This document shows, in pieces, positions 1-12,656 of a stretch of 64,000 nt of DNA (the stretch's first letter is position 1; every line of letters starts with the position of its first letter). The position numbers and the translations under genes are program-made. The stretch covers positions 54,126,001 to 54,190,000 of the forward strand of contig OX638157.1 in assembly GCA_951804945.1 (NCBI GenBank). Direction: 5' to 3'. Origin of the DNA: Podarcis cretensis (lineage: Eukaryota). A model generated the notes under the pieces. The model was not told the origin of the DNA and did no database searches. It was given only the letters and a program-made list of their open reading frames with translations.

Positions 1-365
1 AATTGCTTGATTTATGTTTTTCTGTTTCTTTGTGCACTTAGTTACCTTGAACATAATCAGGGTAGCCTGTGACTGCCAAGCTCATTTGAGTCTCAGCTAA
101 TCCCTTTATCTATTAAACCCACCAGCTTTCTGCATATGATCTTTTCCTCCTTTAAAGGATCTCTCACAGGCAGCACAGAATGGGCATTGATGATGAAATG
201 CAACAAACTTTTCCTAGAGTTTCTGTAACATGCTTTCTAAGGCTAGGTCCCTACAAATAATACAGATTTGTGCAAATACTCAAGGTTAGTCCAAGGATTG
301 TCACTGTTTATCTATTACTATGTTAATATCCTTCTAGAAGCATTGTTCTACAGTGCGGTTTCACC

Positions 366-775
366 TAGGGATAGGAGCAGAATTCAATTCAATTTACATT
401 TAAAGGCAAGCCTACCTCTTTCTCACTTTCCAAAACAATATGTCAACTCAAACACAACCATCCTCTGAAATCCATGCTTCTCCGAATTTTGTAAGGCAGT
501 TCTCCAGTCAAGTAATGTTTACAAAGAATGCATATACTAGGAGAAGGTGTGCACAAAAACACATATATTAGTGAATATCGTATTGACAATGCATTATAAC
601 AGGGGGAAATGGCCTGCAAGAATTCGCAGGCTAGGCAAAATTGCATAGGAAAATGTGTATATTAGGAGAAATTAATACCAAAATACTGATTTTCACAGGG
701 ATCAATGCAGAAATGTGGCAAACTGGAAAAAAATGGGAATCCAAACTGAACGATTAGTTGGACAGTTCCCTCTCC
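366..775. mobile_element. Degenerate hAT-like MITE (TAGGGATG-TIR family)
   Basis: Starts TAGGGATAGG. Internal blocks (TTCAATTTACATTTAAAGGCAA, GGCAAAATTGCAT, ATATTAGGAGAAATT) match the copies at 20915, 51490, 56165 and 57195. Right end is decayed. Confidence 0.55.
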
Positions 776-3371
776 AAAATAAAAAAGTAAAATTAAAGGA
801 GATACAGAGAAACACTTTCCATAAATGTGCAGAGGTGAATGCAGGGCTGAAGAGGCTAGCCCCACCTGTCACCATCATTGTGTATCATTGTCATGCTCCC
901 CTGATTATGTCTGATGTTCATCGGAAATAGTTCAGTTGTGTTTTGCATGTCTAGACCTTGACAGTCCTCTCCAGTTCTTTGATGTCCATCTTACCTGCTT
1001 AGCTCCAGCTCCCACACTAGTGGCTGGTGATGCTCAGTGTATCTTCCAACTGAGGAAAGGCTACAGATCCTGGAACACTTTTTTTTTAGTTAAGAAAAGA
1101 GATGGTCAAAATTTCAGGGGAGAGGATAGAAGTGTTTATATGATGATGAATGGTGCAGCCACAAGAAACATTTTCGCTCTTTCTCATGATGCTGATCCTT
1201 GAGGTCACCCAATAAACTTGATTTGCAATAGATCCAGAACCGACAAACAAAAGTACGTCAAATAGTGCAATAACTAGCACAAGATGTGCTGATGTCAGTA
1301 GCTTAGATAGGTTTCAGAATCCTAGTGCTATTTTGGAGGTGTTTATGAATCAGCTTAGTTCTCACTTTCTCTCAAAAATTGATAAGTACAAGTCTCAGTT
1401 AATCAACACATCGTATTTTTTCTGATTTTTTTTAAAGAAGAGAATTTACCCTTTACAAAAATAAAAAGAAGGATTTTTTCCAGCTATCATATTTATAACT
1501 CACTTTATTAAATTTGTGAGAAAGGAATCATCCTCTCTCTTCTTTCTCTTTCTCACATACCCAAACACCTACACACCTATCCTATCTTTCAAGAAAGAGT
1601 GAGAGACACCTTTGGAAAGGAGCATAATATTTTTCTTCCTGCGTCATTAAGAAAATGTACAACGTGCACATTTATAATTCCATTAGAGCTGGTCCACAGG
1701 TGAACTTCAATAAGAAAAGAGTGCATAGTTTTCTCTCATCTTTTCATAAGATACAGAGCTAAAAACAAAAAGTAGCAAAAAGTAGTGTACTATCTTACAG
1801 ATTAGCAAGCTTATTATGACATGAAAATTTATGCAAAAGAATCCACGTGTTAACTTACTCGGTAAGTAGGTGGGTATAGAAAGGGGGAAGTAGAATGTAG
1901 ACTCAAATGCCAATGAAATGAAGAAGAAAAAATACAGTCCACAACAATTCAATCAGTGCTGAAATGTATGAAAAATAACCACAGTGACCATTTGCTATAG
2001 CAACAAGGTGATAACACAACCATTGTTTTTGTTGCAACAGACTAAAATGGCTACCCCTCTGGCAGGGTGCAGGGTGTACAATCTCTTAGTTATACTTAGT
2101 GAGATTCAACTAATGCATCACACTGGTGCAAGGATTCCTGCTCATACAGCACAGTTCCTTCCTCCCCATCCCTTGTGCTCTCCCCAAATCTCCCCCAGAG
2201 GGTGGAGAAAACACCAGAATGAGATATAGAGGGCACTTTGTTTTCAGTAGCATGCCACAGCAAAAGAAATGGCTTTGAGCCTCTTTTCTGTACCTTGCTT
2301 GCTTGGTCTGGGGCAGACTTCGGTCTTCCAAATTTCAACGGCACCCTGTGTGAGGCCAAAACTCAGCATCCTCCCATCTCTTGCCTTCTGTTCTGCTCAG
2401 TTCACTATGTCATAGTTGCAAGCCCCTAGGCTTGGAGCCCAGTGCATCAAAAATGGTTGTGCTGTCCTAAATCTGCCTCTGGCTTGGTTTTAGACACAAC
2501 TTGGCAGTATTTTATTTTGCCAATTAACTACAAAAATTAAACCTTTTGTTTGAACTTTGGTCGCGTTAATTAATAAAATAACAGAGTCCTGTGTGAGGGC
2601 TATGGCTTCTCATTTATAGCCAGCATGTGAACAACATTTATAATTGCATTCTTGATATTGTCCTAATGCACGTAGATGAGCAAATCTTTATGCAGAGGAC
2701 AAATGGATTTTGTTCCCTTAATATGTTCTCAGTGAAGCTGCATTTTAATTATAATCAGTTGCTGCTATCTTTTGAACTGCCCTTGTATATGTTGACACTG
2801 CTTGATTTATTTTACAGCTGATAGTATTCTTGCCATTGCCAGCACTCAACATGTGTCAGTCGGCCTGGCATATCATTGCTCTCTGACGATGTACTGATCC
2901 AAAAATAAAAAAAAATTCTCCCTCCGTCTAATAGTTATGGTGTGATACTGGCAGTAGGGTCAGGTATATTACATTCTCTCCTTTAGTCATAACATGCCGC
3001 TGCTGGATTTGCAATTAATCATTTTGTGGATTCATGTGAGTGCCAGTTTGAACAAAGAGCACATTTCCCCGAAGTAAATTAATGCACATAATTATAAGTG
3101 TGAATTCTTCTTGATATTGGATTTTGACTATGACTGTTCAGAGAACTGGGAACAAAAAACACATTCACTTTACTGGAGGGTGGGGGAGAGAGATGAACAC
3201 GTGCATGATGTTCTGACTGCTTTTCAGAAATTTCTACAAATATCCTGAACTAAAATAAGCAGTCACTGAAAACTGTATTTGTAAGACAAGGCTCTAATCC
3301 AATGTTTGTTTAAGACATCATTGTTGATACTTTGTTTTTTTAAAGGCATTAATCCATGAATATTATTTTTT

Positions 3372-3400
3372 ATTACTACTACTACTACTACTACTACTAC
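3372..3400. repeat. (TAC)n microsatellite
   Basis: Direct read of the tactactac run. Confidence 0.9.
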
Positions 3401-3884
3401 AAATAGCTCCAGCTTTTGGTGGGCTCAGTTCAAGAGAACTTCAGTGTCCCACTCCCTCAATGAATCTAACCCCTGACTGCTATTGTAGCTGCTCCTCTGC
3501 CTTACCACTGCTTCCCAGTCAGAGCCAATGAGCAAGCAAGTAGTGCGCCTCCTTCTCCTTCTGACCACTGCTGTCATTTGCTTAGTCATTCCTTCTTAGC
3601 CAGATGGAGAAGGAAGTGAACAAACAGTTTACTGTGTTAAATACAATGAGCAGGTCCAGGGAGCTTTTGCGGGTGAGTAACCTGCTGGAGTGTGGGCCCT
3701 TAGCAGGTGCCAGATCATAACAACCCCTTGACACTTGTCCAGGTTGATGACTTACCATAGCATGTAATATTGGAAGCAGCCATTTTAAAAAGTTTTGAAC
3801 TAGCAAAATGGTCTCCATTATGACAGTCGCCCGATTGCATTCAGACAGTACTATATACCCTTTCTCCAGTGTTTCCTTCCCTGG

Positions 3885-4393
3885 TGTCAGGAACGTGACT
3901 CACCAGAATGCAGGGCAAGAGTCAGACTCAGAATTGAGCTAAGTGAAAGAGGGACTGACTCTTCAAATGAGGACTGGCTGACAGAGTCTAGAGAGGGCAG
4001 TTCAACCCCCCCCCCTTCTCGAGGAAGACACTGTTGGCTCTCAAGAAGAGGAAGAGTTGGAAGGCAGCCAGAGCATTGCTAGGCAATCAGCAGTTAAGCA
4101 GAGGTCTGAGACTATGTCAAGTGAAAGTGGGGAGGGTGGAGGCCAGCTTCTCAGTCCCTGTTCTAGGAGACTGGATAAGATCAGAGGGCAACAGAAGGGC
4201 AAGAGGGGAAAGGCGGGAGTTGGCGTCCTTCCTGCTGTGGGAGGGGCGAAGATTCAGATTGATCTACTATCATCAATGTGAGCAGGAGAGAAGCCATGCT
4301 TTGGATGTGTTTTGGTGTAAATAAACATACGTAAAACTGCCAGAGAGTCATTACTTCTTAGTGGGGCTTGCTTGCCTGCCAGAGATCATTACA
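3885..4393 (+). mobile_element. Solo LTR (Gypsy-like)
   Basis: TGTCAGG...TTACA termini; 5-bp flanks CCTGG/CCTGA; AATAAA at about 4320; same termini as 9577-9987. Confidence 0.75.
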
Positions 4394-4752
4394 CCTGATA
4401 AAATCAAATGGGTGCCAAGGAGAGTGGCCTGGAAGTGAAAACTGCCACTGTCAGGTTTGCCCCCAAAGCTCTATCTCCCAGGGCCCAGCCCGATTGGCTG
4501 AATTCAAATTGCGGGTTTGGCAGGAACACCATAGTGCCTTGTGGACAGCCTAGTGATTTTCAATGGTCAACTGCACAACAGAGTTTGCTGGGGGGGGGAT
4601 TGCGCGGCCTGACACAATGGTCTGTAACCGCTGCCCACCTCAAACCTGGTAAACATCCATTCTTGTCATAGAGCTGTAATTCTCAAGATTGATTTAACAG
4701 TCAATGCTTCTTCCCAGGGAGCTCTGAGAGTTAAAGCTCTGTAAAAGGAATA

Positions 4753-5045
4753 GTAAAGCTAAAGGGACCCCTGACCATTAGGTCCAGTCGTGACCGACTC
4801 TGGGGTTGCGGGGCTCATCTCACTTTGCTGGCCGAGGGAGCCGGCATACAGCTTCCGGGTCATGCAGCTAGCATGACTAAGCCAATTCTGGCAAACCAGA
4901 GCAGCGCACGGAAACACCGTTTACCTTCCCATCAGAGCGGTACCTATTTATCTACTTGCACTTTGACGTGCTTTCGAACTGCTAGGTTGGCAGGAGCAGG
5001 GACCGAGCAATGGGAGCTCACCCCGTCATGGGGATTCGAACCACT
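4753..5045 (-). mobile_element. Sauria/Squam1-type SINE, 5'-truncated, inserted in an older palindromic MITE
   Basis: AAAGGGACCCCTGACCATTAGGTCCAGTCG...GGGATTCGAACC matches the other copies. The flanks join into the AACTACAGTTCC MITE family. Confidence 0.9.
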
Positions 5046-6579
5046 GTCCTAATAACTCTCAGCACCCTTAACAAACTACAGTTCCAATGATTCTTTGTGA
5101 GAAGCCATAACTGTATGATGCCACTTTAAATGTGCAGTGCAGCTGGGGTTGATAAGTGATAAGAAGCTGCCTTATGCCCCCTCAGACTATTGCCTAGCTA
5201 ATTCAGTGGCTGTCAGCAGCAATACACAGTCTCCAGATAGAGATGCTAGTAACTGAAGCAGGGATTCCCAGCACACAAAGCAAGTCCTCTGCTAATGATA
5301 TCTGATCCCCCACCCCCCACAAAAAAGAAAAAAAGAAATCTGTGCTGAATATCAGCTGAAGATTGGAGGTGGTCTTCTGTGTGGGCACTTCTTTTTCCCC
5401 TTCAAAGAACCTCAAAGCTACACAAGACCCATGTAACACTGTTCCTCAATTATGCATTGCTGTGATCTACTTTGTTGGGTTGAGGGCAAAGAAGAATGGC
5501 ATCAAATAGCCCACCTATCTTTGGGGGATTGCCATTAAACAGTTATTTTCTTGACAGAAATAATGTTATACCCTGCACAATGTCATTGGACTACAAAGGA
5601 GATGGCTTTACTTCGCACTTATACTCAGGGTTTAACAAGGGCGCTGCTGAAACCATCTTTGGTAGTAAACAATCTGTATTGATCTGTATCTCGCTCAAAT
5701 TCTCTATGATCGTTGTTCCACAGCAATCAGCCTCTTCTAAACATTGAAAGAACAACCAAAGAAAATGGTGCCTTGAAATAATTTTTCTCCCTACTTTTGG
5801 AAAAGGAAGAGTGCATGTGCTCACATATAACACACTTAAATGTAGCCTCCCTTTGATAGGCTTATTTTAACTTCCCTTTATGGTATCTATTTTTGTGCCT
5901 CTTCACATTGTTTGGAATGGTAGCTAAAAGAGTTTGCACGCTCTCTGATTAAGAATAGGAGCAAATAAGCAGTCTGCTCATGTAGTCTGCTTTCTTTTTC
6001 TAGGTCTTACAATTTCAGACTATGAGGTGGAAAAGACATACTAGATTTCCCATTTTACCTAAGTGGCAATCTATAAGCAATTATTTGGTTTTAGTGGATT
6101 AATTCTTTTTATGCTGTTTTTTATGCTGCTATATTCTATGATGAAGTTGTATATGGTGGATATTTTTTGCAGTTCTATGTTGCTAGTAGGTTTCCTTTGT
6201 ATAGTAAGCCACTTCGATTATTGGTATAAAAAGTGAGGTATAATTAATCTAAACAAATAAATGCATCAATCTCCTCTGCATTAAGAAATAACACCATAAC
6301 ACCCACCCACCCCTATACTAACAAAATAAATATGATAGGGAAGATAGATTACAACTCTTTTCGGTATACAGTTTCTCTTTCTAGGTATATATGTACCAGG
6401 AGGTCTTTTTATTATTATTTTAAAATGAAAGCATTCAAATATGTAACCCCTGGCTTGCCATCTGAAATGGTACAGCCCATCAGTAGATACTTTGAGTGAG
6501 TGCTATTATTGTTTGAGCTGCTCCTAGACTATGCACATTTATGATCACATAAAATACTGCCCAGATCTATAGTATCTAT

Positions 6580-6640
6580 ATCCTGCATTGCAGGGTGTTA
6601 GACTAGATGACAATTTGGACCCTTCCAACTTACAATTCTA
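6580..6640 (+). mobile_element. CR1 LINE 3' tail remnant
   Basis: TCCTGCATTGCAGGG..TAGACTAGATGA..CCCTTCCAAC..ATTCTAT matches the tail of the CR1 at 49223-49607. Confidence 0.75.
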
Positions 6641-6993
6641 TTAATTATTTAAGAGGCCACACAATGTTCTGTCACAGTCTAGTTGTACAGTCTGTTGAAG
6701 TATGAGATCACTGCTTTCAGGGTCCATACATATGTTGGTAAATTAGCAGGGTTATATACAGATCCTTGGTGGGACTCTGATCACAGACCTGCAGCAGAGT
6801 TTCGCCTAACAGAAGTGGTGAAGAGAAAAGGGAAGTCTAGGAACTAGACTGTATTGTGCATGGTTAATTCGCTGGATACTGACTAAGACAGTGAACAAGA
6901 AACTCAGCCCAGGAACGTGACTGTGAAGATAGGAATAAATTTTATCGCCAGTGGCTATGAAAGTCATCAAGCATAGCTCTTACCTTAATAAAT

Positions 6994-7180
6994 GGGATGC
7001 AGGTGGTGCTGTGGTCTAAACCACTGAGCCTCTTGGGCTTGCCGATCAGAAGGTTACCGGTTCGAATCCTCATGATTGGGTGAGCTCCCGTTGCTCTGTC
7101 CCAGCTTCTGTCAACCTAGCAGTTTGAAAGCATGCCAGTGCAAGTAGATAAATAGGTACCGCTGTGGTGGGAAGGTTAAC
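6994..7180 (+). mobile_element. Sauria SINE, 5' half
   Basis: GGGATGCAGGTGGTGCTGTGG (A-box-like), GGTTCGAATCC (B box), CAAGTAGATAAATAGGTACC. Confidence 0.9.
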
Positions 7181-8261
7181 CTCAGCAGAGACAATGCAGG
7201 AGAAGGCTAAGCTGTTTTATGCATGGTTCCCCCTGAATGCTATATATGAGCAGAACTCTGACGTTGCTTCAGCAAAAGTATACCTGAGACCTTGCATAGG
7301 AGCAGCAGTTCTGCCCTGATTGCTAGCTCTGTTTTCATGCAAGGAGCCTCTGTCTCTCTGCAGTTCTGTCTAAAATTGAATTTCTCCACCCAATCTAACC
7401 CATATCCACCCACTCCACAGAGAGGTGTGGAAACGGTTCTTGTATCAGTAGCTCAGACAGCTGTAAGTAGGAAGAAATGTAAAAGCTGTGCTTCATGTGA
7501 AGCATGGGGAAGAGCACCTATAATTGTGCTTCCTCCTGTGTCCCATAATGTGAAAGACATTTGTTGAAACTTCTGCAGGTAGACGTTAGTGCTTGGCATT
7601 TTGTATATTTCCCAAGAAACTTTGGAGGGGGTGGACTCTCAACAGAACCCCTGCTGTTTCTTCTTGAAGTTTCCCACCCATGAAATAAACATTGGGGAAA
7701 GGGGTTAACAACTTACCAAATTGAAGAGCGTTTGCCATCATTGTCAGCTTTGTAATCATTAAGAGAAAATACTGTAGTGGTTCGCCGTGACAAGAAGATA
7801 AATGATGTGGAGAAATTCATTAAATCTAGCTTAATTCGTTGACAAAAGAGCACTGTAATAGAAGGTGTTTTTCTTCTCAATTTTTGTGCGCAAGTGACTG
7901 GATGCTAAGGGCCAGACATTATGCATTACCTATACAGAAAGCACTTCTGGAGCATGAAGGATGGAACACATAGTCATGAAAATTGCATTTCTGTCTATTT
8001 CAGTACAACCAATGCACTCTAGGCGGGGCCACAATTTGTGTCTGGTCTGGAAACTCCAGCTTGTGCAAAAAGCTGTGGCTAGGCTGTTAATGGGGACAGA
8101 CTGCCACCAGCACAAAACGCTGGTGCTTAAAGTGTGTTACCTGCTGCCCATATGCTGCTGGGCCAGATTAAAAGTTATTGTATTAATTTAAAAGCCCCTT
8201 AACAACTTGCGTTCTGGATTTCTTAAGGACTGCCTGATTCTTTATATCACTGTCTGATCAA

Positions 8262-9042
8262 TAGGGATGGAAGGATCTGTCAATTTCAGTTTTCACAGTT
8301 TCTCATTTTCACAATCTTAAATTCAGTTCTCCACATTTCTGCAGCAATTTGCAAATTTCTTCTAAAAAACACATTTTTGTATGCAGTTTTGAGTGACGTA
8401 TACATTTCTGCAATTTATCCTAGGTAAAGGTAAAGGTAAAGGTACCCCTGCCCGTACGGGCCAGTCTTGACAGACTCTGGGGTTGTGCGCCCATCTCACT
8501 TAAGAGGCCAGGGGCCAGCGCTGTCCGGAGACACTTCCGGGTCACGTGGCCAGCGTGACATCGCTGCTCTGGCGAGCCAGAGCCGCACACGGAAACGCCG
8601 TTTACCTTCCCGCTGGTAAGCGGTCCCTATTTATCTACTTGCACCCGGAGGTGCTTTCGAACTGCTAGGTTGGCAGGCGCTGGGACCGAGCAGCGGGAGC
8701 GCACCCCGCCGCAGGGATTCGAACCGCCGACCTTTCAATCGGCAAGCCCTAGGCGCTGAGGCTTTAACCCACAGCGCCACCTGCGTCCCACAATTTATCC
8801 TAACATTAGGATAAATTTTTGTATGGGATTTTCATCGATATGCACAATTTCCCCATATAGAGTCATCTTTGTAAACACTGGCAGGTAGGAGAGCTGCATC
8901 ACAAAATTCAGATAAGTGCAAATTGCAAAGGCAATTTGGTTCTCCTATAGTTTCAGAACCTGTTTCAGGTTCTCCTATAGTTTCAGAATCTGATGGATCT
9001 AGCTTTAAATGTGAGCTGAATTTACTTCTCCCCCTCTACCTA
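8262..9042. mobile_element. hAT-like MITE (TAGGGATG-TIR family) containing a Sauria SINE
   Basis: TAGGGATG left end; 8-bp TSD CTGATCAA (8254-8261) / CTGATCAC (9043-9050). Confidence 0.8.
8423..8790 (-). mobile_element. Full-length Sauria SINE (GGTACCCCTGCCCGTACGGG subfamily)
   Basis: (ACCTTT)n tail, CpG-rich body, 12-bp TSD CAATTTATCCTA (8411-8422 / 8791-8802). Confidence 0.95.
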
Positions 9043-9576
9043 CTGATCACCCAGGTCTTTGCAGAAGTCTCTTTTGGTGCCTGTCCCCCTTAATTAAGAT
9101 GCACAGCTCCTAACTGTTACAAACCATGCATTCACTATTCTGTGCCCAAGCTTGTGGAAATTCTCCTGAATGAGATTAGACAGGCTCCTTCCTTGCTGAA
9201 CTTCAAACATCTGACCAATACTTACTTTTTTAAATTTCAGCAAGTATTTTAAGGTAGTATTTGGCTTTATGAATACTTTTCATTGTTCTGTTCTCTGTAT
9301 GGTTCATTTTTATGTACACCACTTAGAAATGCTACTGATTAAGAGGTATATAAAAGCCTTCAAAAAAAAAAAAATTAATGTGGCAAATAAGAACTTCAGC
9401 ATGCATACTGACACACAGAGAAAATACGTGTGTGTGGTTGTTAAGCATGGTGATTTATAGCCATGTAATATTTGAATATCCCCTCTGCTCAAATCATGGC
9501 CTTTCACACAGGTATTTAGCATGTACTTGCACTGTGAGGGAATCAAATGTATTTTCATATCATGTACATTGGGTGC

Positions 9577-9987
9577 TGTCAGGGAACTGACATCAAAGGG
9601 AGAAACGGAGGCAGGGCACCAGAGCGATGCCAGGGAGGGAACCAGCAGAGGGGAAGGATTTCAGCGTGACACCAATGGAGAGGAGAGGGAGATGGAGGAG
9701 GCGGTGTCAGGGCTCCAAGACCCTTCAAGCGAAACTAGCGGAGAGGGTGCTGGCATGCCCCTGCCTTCCCCTTACTTGCGCAGATGCGTTCCGCACAGAG
9801 AACATAGGAGGAGACTTGGGGTCAAACAGCTTTTATGCTGGAAGAGATTCAAGAAACGCCCATTGACAGATTCTGCAAGTGACTAACAGGTCACGGAGGG
9901 TGAGCTCTAACCCTAAACCAAGTCGAGCAAACGATCTAATTGAACTGAAGGCAATTTACGCACAAGTAACCCCTTACAACCATTACA
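9577..9987 (+). mobile_element. Solo LTR (Gypsy-like)
   Basis: TGTCAGG...TTACA with a perfect 5-bp TSD GGTGC (9572-9576 / 9988-9992). Confidence 0.85.
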
Positions 9988-10234
9988 GGTGCATATGTGG
10001 CAGCAACCTGCAAATTGTAGCCAATGATTCCTTTGTCATTTGTTCATAAAAAAATACCTCCCGGCATCCCCTTTTTTGTTTTGTTTTGGAACAGTTGTGA
10101 CACACCTTAAACTCCTTTTTTTACAGAAAGAACATGGGATGGAAACTCAGTTTAAATGAATGACTAAAATACCATTTTCCCAAACATACCAGGACCTGTA
10201 CAGAAATGATTTTGCCTGGAGGCAAAGCGGAATA

Positions 10235-10460
10235 CAGTGGTGCTTCAGGTTACAGATGCTTCAGGTTACAGACTCCACTAACCCAGAAATAGTACCTCGG
10301 GTTAAGAACTTTGCTTCAGCATGAGAACAGAAATTGTGCGCTGGTGGTGCAGCGGCAGCAAGGGGTCCCATTAGCTAAAGTGTTACCTCAGGTTAAGAAC
10401 AGTTTCAGGTTAAGAACAGACCTCCAGAATGAATTAAGTTCTTAACCCGAGGTACCACTG
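10235..10460. mobile_element. Tc1/mariner (Tigger-like) MITE
   Basis: TA|CAGTGG...GAGGTACCACTG|TA; inverted copy of the family at 35040 and 38882. Confidence 0.9.
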
Positions 10461-10479
10461 TACCTGAAAGCTTTGATAC

Positions 10480-10850
10480 TGTGTCTGTGGGTCAACAGGA
10501 ATGTTTTTAAATTTATCCTGAAAGTGTATAATGAGGGAGAGTATTCCACAAATGGGGAACTCCCACTGAAATGGCCCTGTCATGGGTCAATGCCAAATGA
10601 GTAGTCCCAGGTGGCAGTACCGTCACCTGCCGATCCTAGGGTCCAAGATGGTTGATACTGGCGAAGGCAGCTTTTTAGGTACTTGGGTCCTGCCTGAGGA
10701 TGTCACATACTGTCCTATGACTTGTTTAGGGCTTTATAACCTTGCATTGAGCCCGGAAGCTCACTGGCAGCCAATGGAGTGCTTTCAGGCCTGGTGGGTT
10801 CTAATGAGCATTCACTCAGCTGTACTTTCTCCCGTCTTCTAAATGCCAGG
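10480..10850 (-). mobile_element. Old L2 LINE fragment
   Basis: TTTAGGGCTTTATAA..CACTGGCAGCCAATGGAG is the antisense of the L2 LHWLP..FK...KAL region. Confidence 0.55.
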
Positions 10851-12032
10851 TAAAGTGTTGGTTCAGAAACACTAAAGGCACCTCTCTCCCACACACTGTG
10901 CAAATTCATAACCATCGAAGAGCTTTTCATGATTCCATTTTCTTCAGACTATGCCCAAAGCCAGAGTAATAAAATCCAGAGTTCTCACAAGAAATGCAGG
11001 CACAACCTAAGAAGATATTAATATTCACTCAAGGATTATATTGTTTTTCTAACTCTCTTTGGAGCTTCCAGAGGAACGGCACATTCACCCCGGGACACAG
11101 GGAAGCATTTTTAATGTTTTGTTTTGACATGAAGAGCATCGCAAGCTGTTTGCCACAAACCAAAAAAACCTGCACAATCGGAGGCGCATATGCCAAGTTA
11201 ATGGAGGCAATAATTGAATCTGGGCTTATCTTTTGGAATTTGCTGAATGCAATTTAATATACTCAATATTAAAGGTAATTGGTGTGCAGAGCAAAACAGC
11301 ACTATGATAATGCTGTCTACTATGATATAATGGTCAGATTCCAAAGAGAATATTTCCCTTTATTTTCTCCTCTGTGCTGCTGCCTCTTCAAACAGCGCTC
11401 CCCCCCTTTTATAAAAAGACATTTCCTTCCAGGATGCCTGTGTTAAAATGGGCTGGCTTTTTAAAACATCTGTGGACATAAACCAAGTATTTATTTTACC
11501 ACTGACTGCTGTACCACTTAGCTGAGCAATACTTTTAGTTCCTGCTATGATATCTCAAGTTATTTATGCATCTGTTTTCATAGAGCTACACCAGTGACTA
11601 AATGGAGATGCTATGAGCGCTAATGGGCTAGACTTTCAGACAATTAAAACGTGGCACTGCTAGCAGTGCTGATGTGTCAAGGCTACAAACGCTAGCAGCT
11701 GCAGCTGTTGTGGAAAACTTTTAAATATTCCACTTCTCGCATGCATCATTAGTGCAAGTAAGCTAGCTCAGTGAGGAGCACCTCACATTTCAATAGGTCC
11801 TATCCACGCTAAAGCAAGGGTAGCCAGCATGGTGTCTTCATGATAGTATTGAGGCAGAACTCCCATCTTTTACCATTGGCCAAGCTGGCTGATGGCAAAT
11901 AACATATGAACAGCTGCATTTTGGCTTCCCCTTCTCTAGAATAAAAGTTCTCAACTGTGTCTGTTGGTCTTGGCAGTAGCTAGATTGGCACTGACACTTT
12001 TTGCATACATCTTCTTTAACCTGGGATGCATA

Positions 12033-12382
12033 AAGGTAAAGGGACCCCTGACCATTAGGTCCAGTCGTGGCTGCCTCTGGGGTTGCGACACGCATCTTGC
12101 TTTATAGGCCGAGGGAGCCGGCATACAGCTTCCAGGTCATGTGGCCAGCATGACTAAGCTGCTTTTGGCGAACCAGAGCAGCACACGGAAACACCGTTTA
12201 CCTTCCTGCCGGAGCGGTCCCTATTTATTTACTTGCACTTTGACATGCTTTTGAACTGCTAGGTTGGCAGAAGCAGGGACTGAGCAACGGGAGCTAACCC
12301 CGTTGCAGGGATTTGAACCACCGACCTTCTGATCAGCAAGTCCTAGGCTCTGTGGTTTAACCCACAGTACCACCTGCGTCCC
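12033..12382 (-). mobile_element. Full-length Sauria SINE
   Basis: 17-bp TSD TTAACCTGGGATGCATA (12016-12032 / 12383-12399). Confidence 0.95.
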
Positions 12383-12656
12383 TTAACCTGGGATGCATAG
12401 CACTGGTCAAATCTCTTATTGTTGCAATGTTGGCAGGAATACTGGTCGTACCTGTCTCCTCTTCCCCTCCCCAAGCTACTGGGGAGCTTGCTGGGACAAC
12501 ATTTGAACACTGTAGATTTCCTTATTGGCAGACTGTCCCAATTTGAAATGGGTGGCTCCATCTAAGCAAGCCTGTCCTGTGGGAAGTGGGGAGGTTCAGA
12601 ACACCTTTCTATTTTCTTGATTATTATTTTTTAAAGGAGCTGGTGTTTATTTATGG

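Larger units (their letters stand above)
8020..9360 (+). mobile_element. Old L2 LINE 3' fragment, split by a hAT MITE
   Basis: Translates LVWKLQLVQKAVARLL...LLPI...ARLKV, similar to LTQKLQRVQNAAARLL of the L2 at 12657. It resumes after 9042 and ends in an AT-rich L2-type tail. Confidence 0.75.

Noticed and set aside
6670-7560. Possible solo LTRs here and at about 42136-42721 and 46670-47230
   Set aside because: TG/CA ends or TATA-like words are present, but there is no TSD and no second copy to support them.
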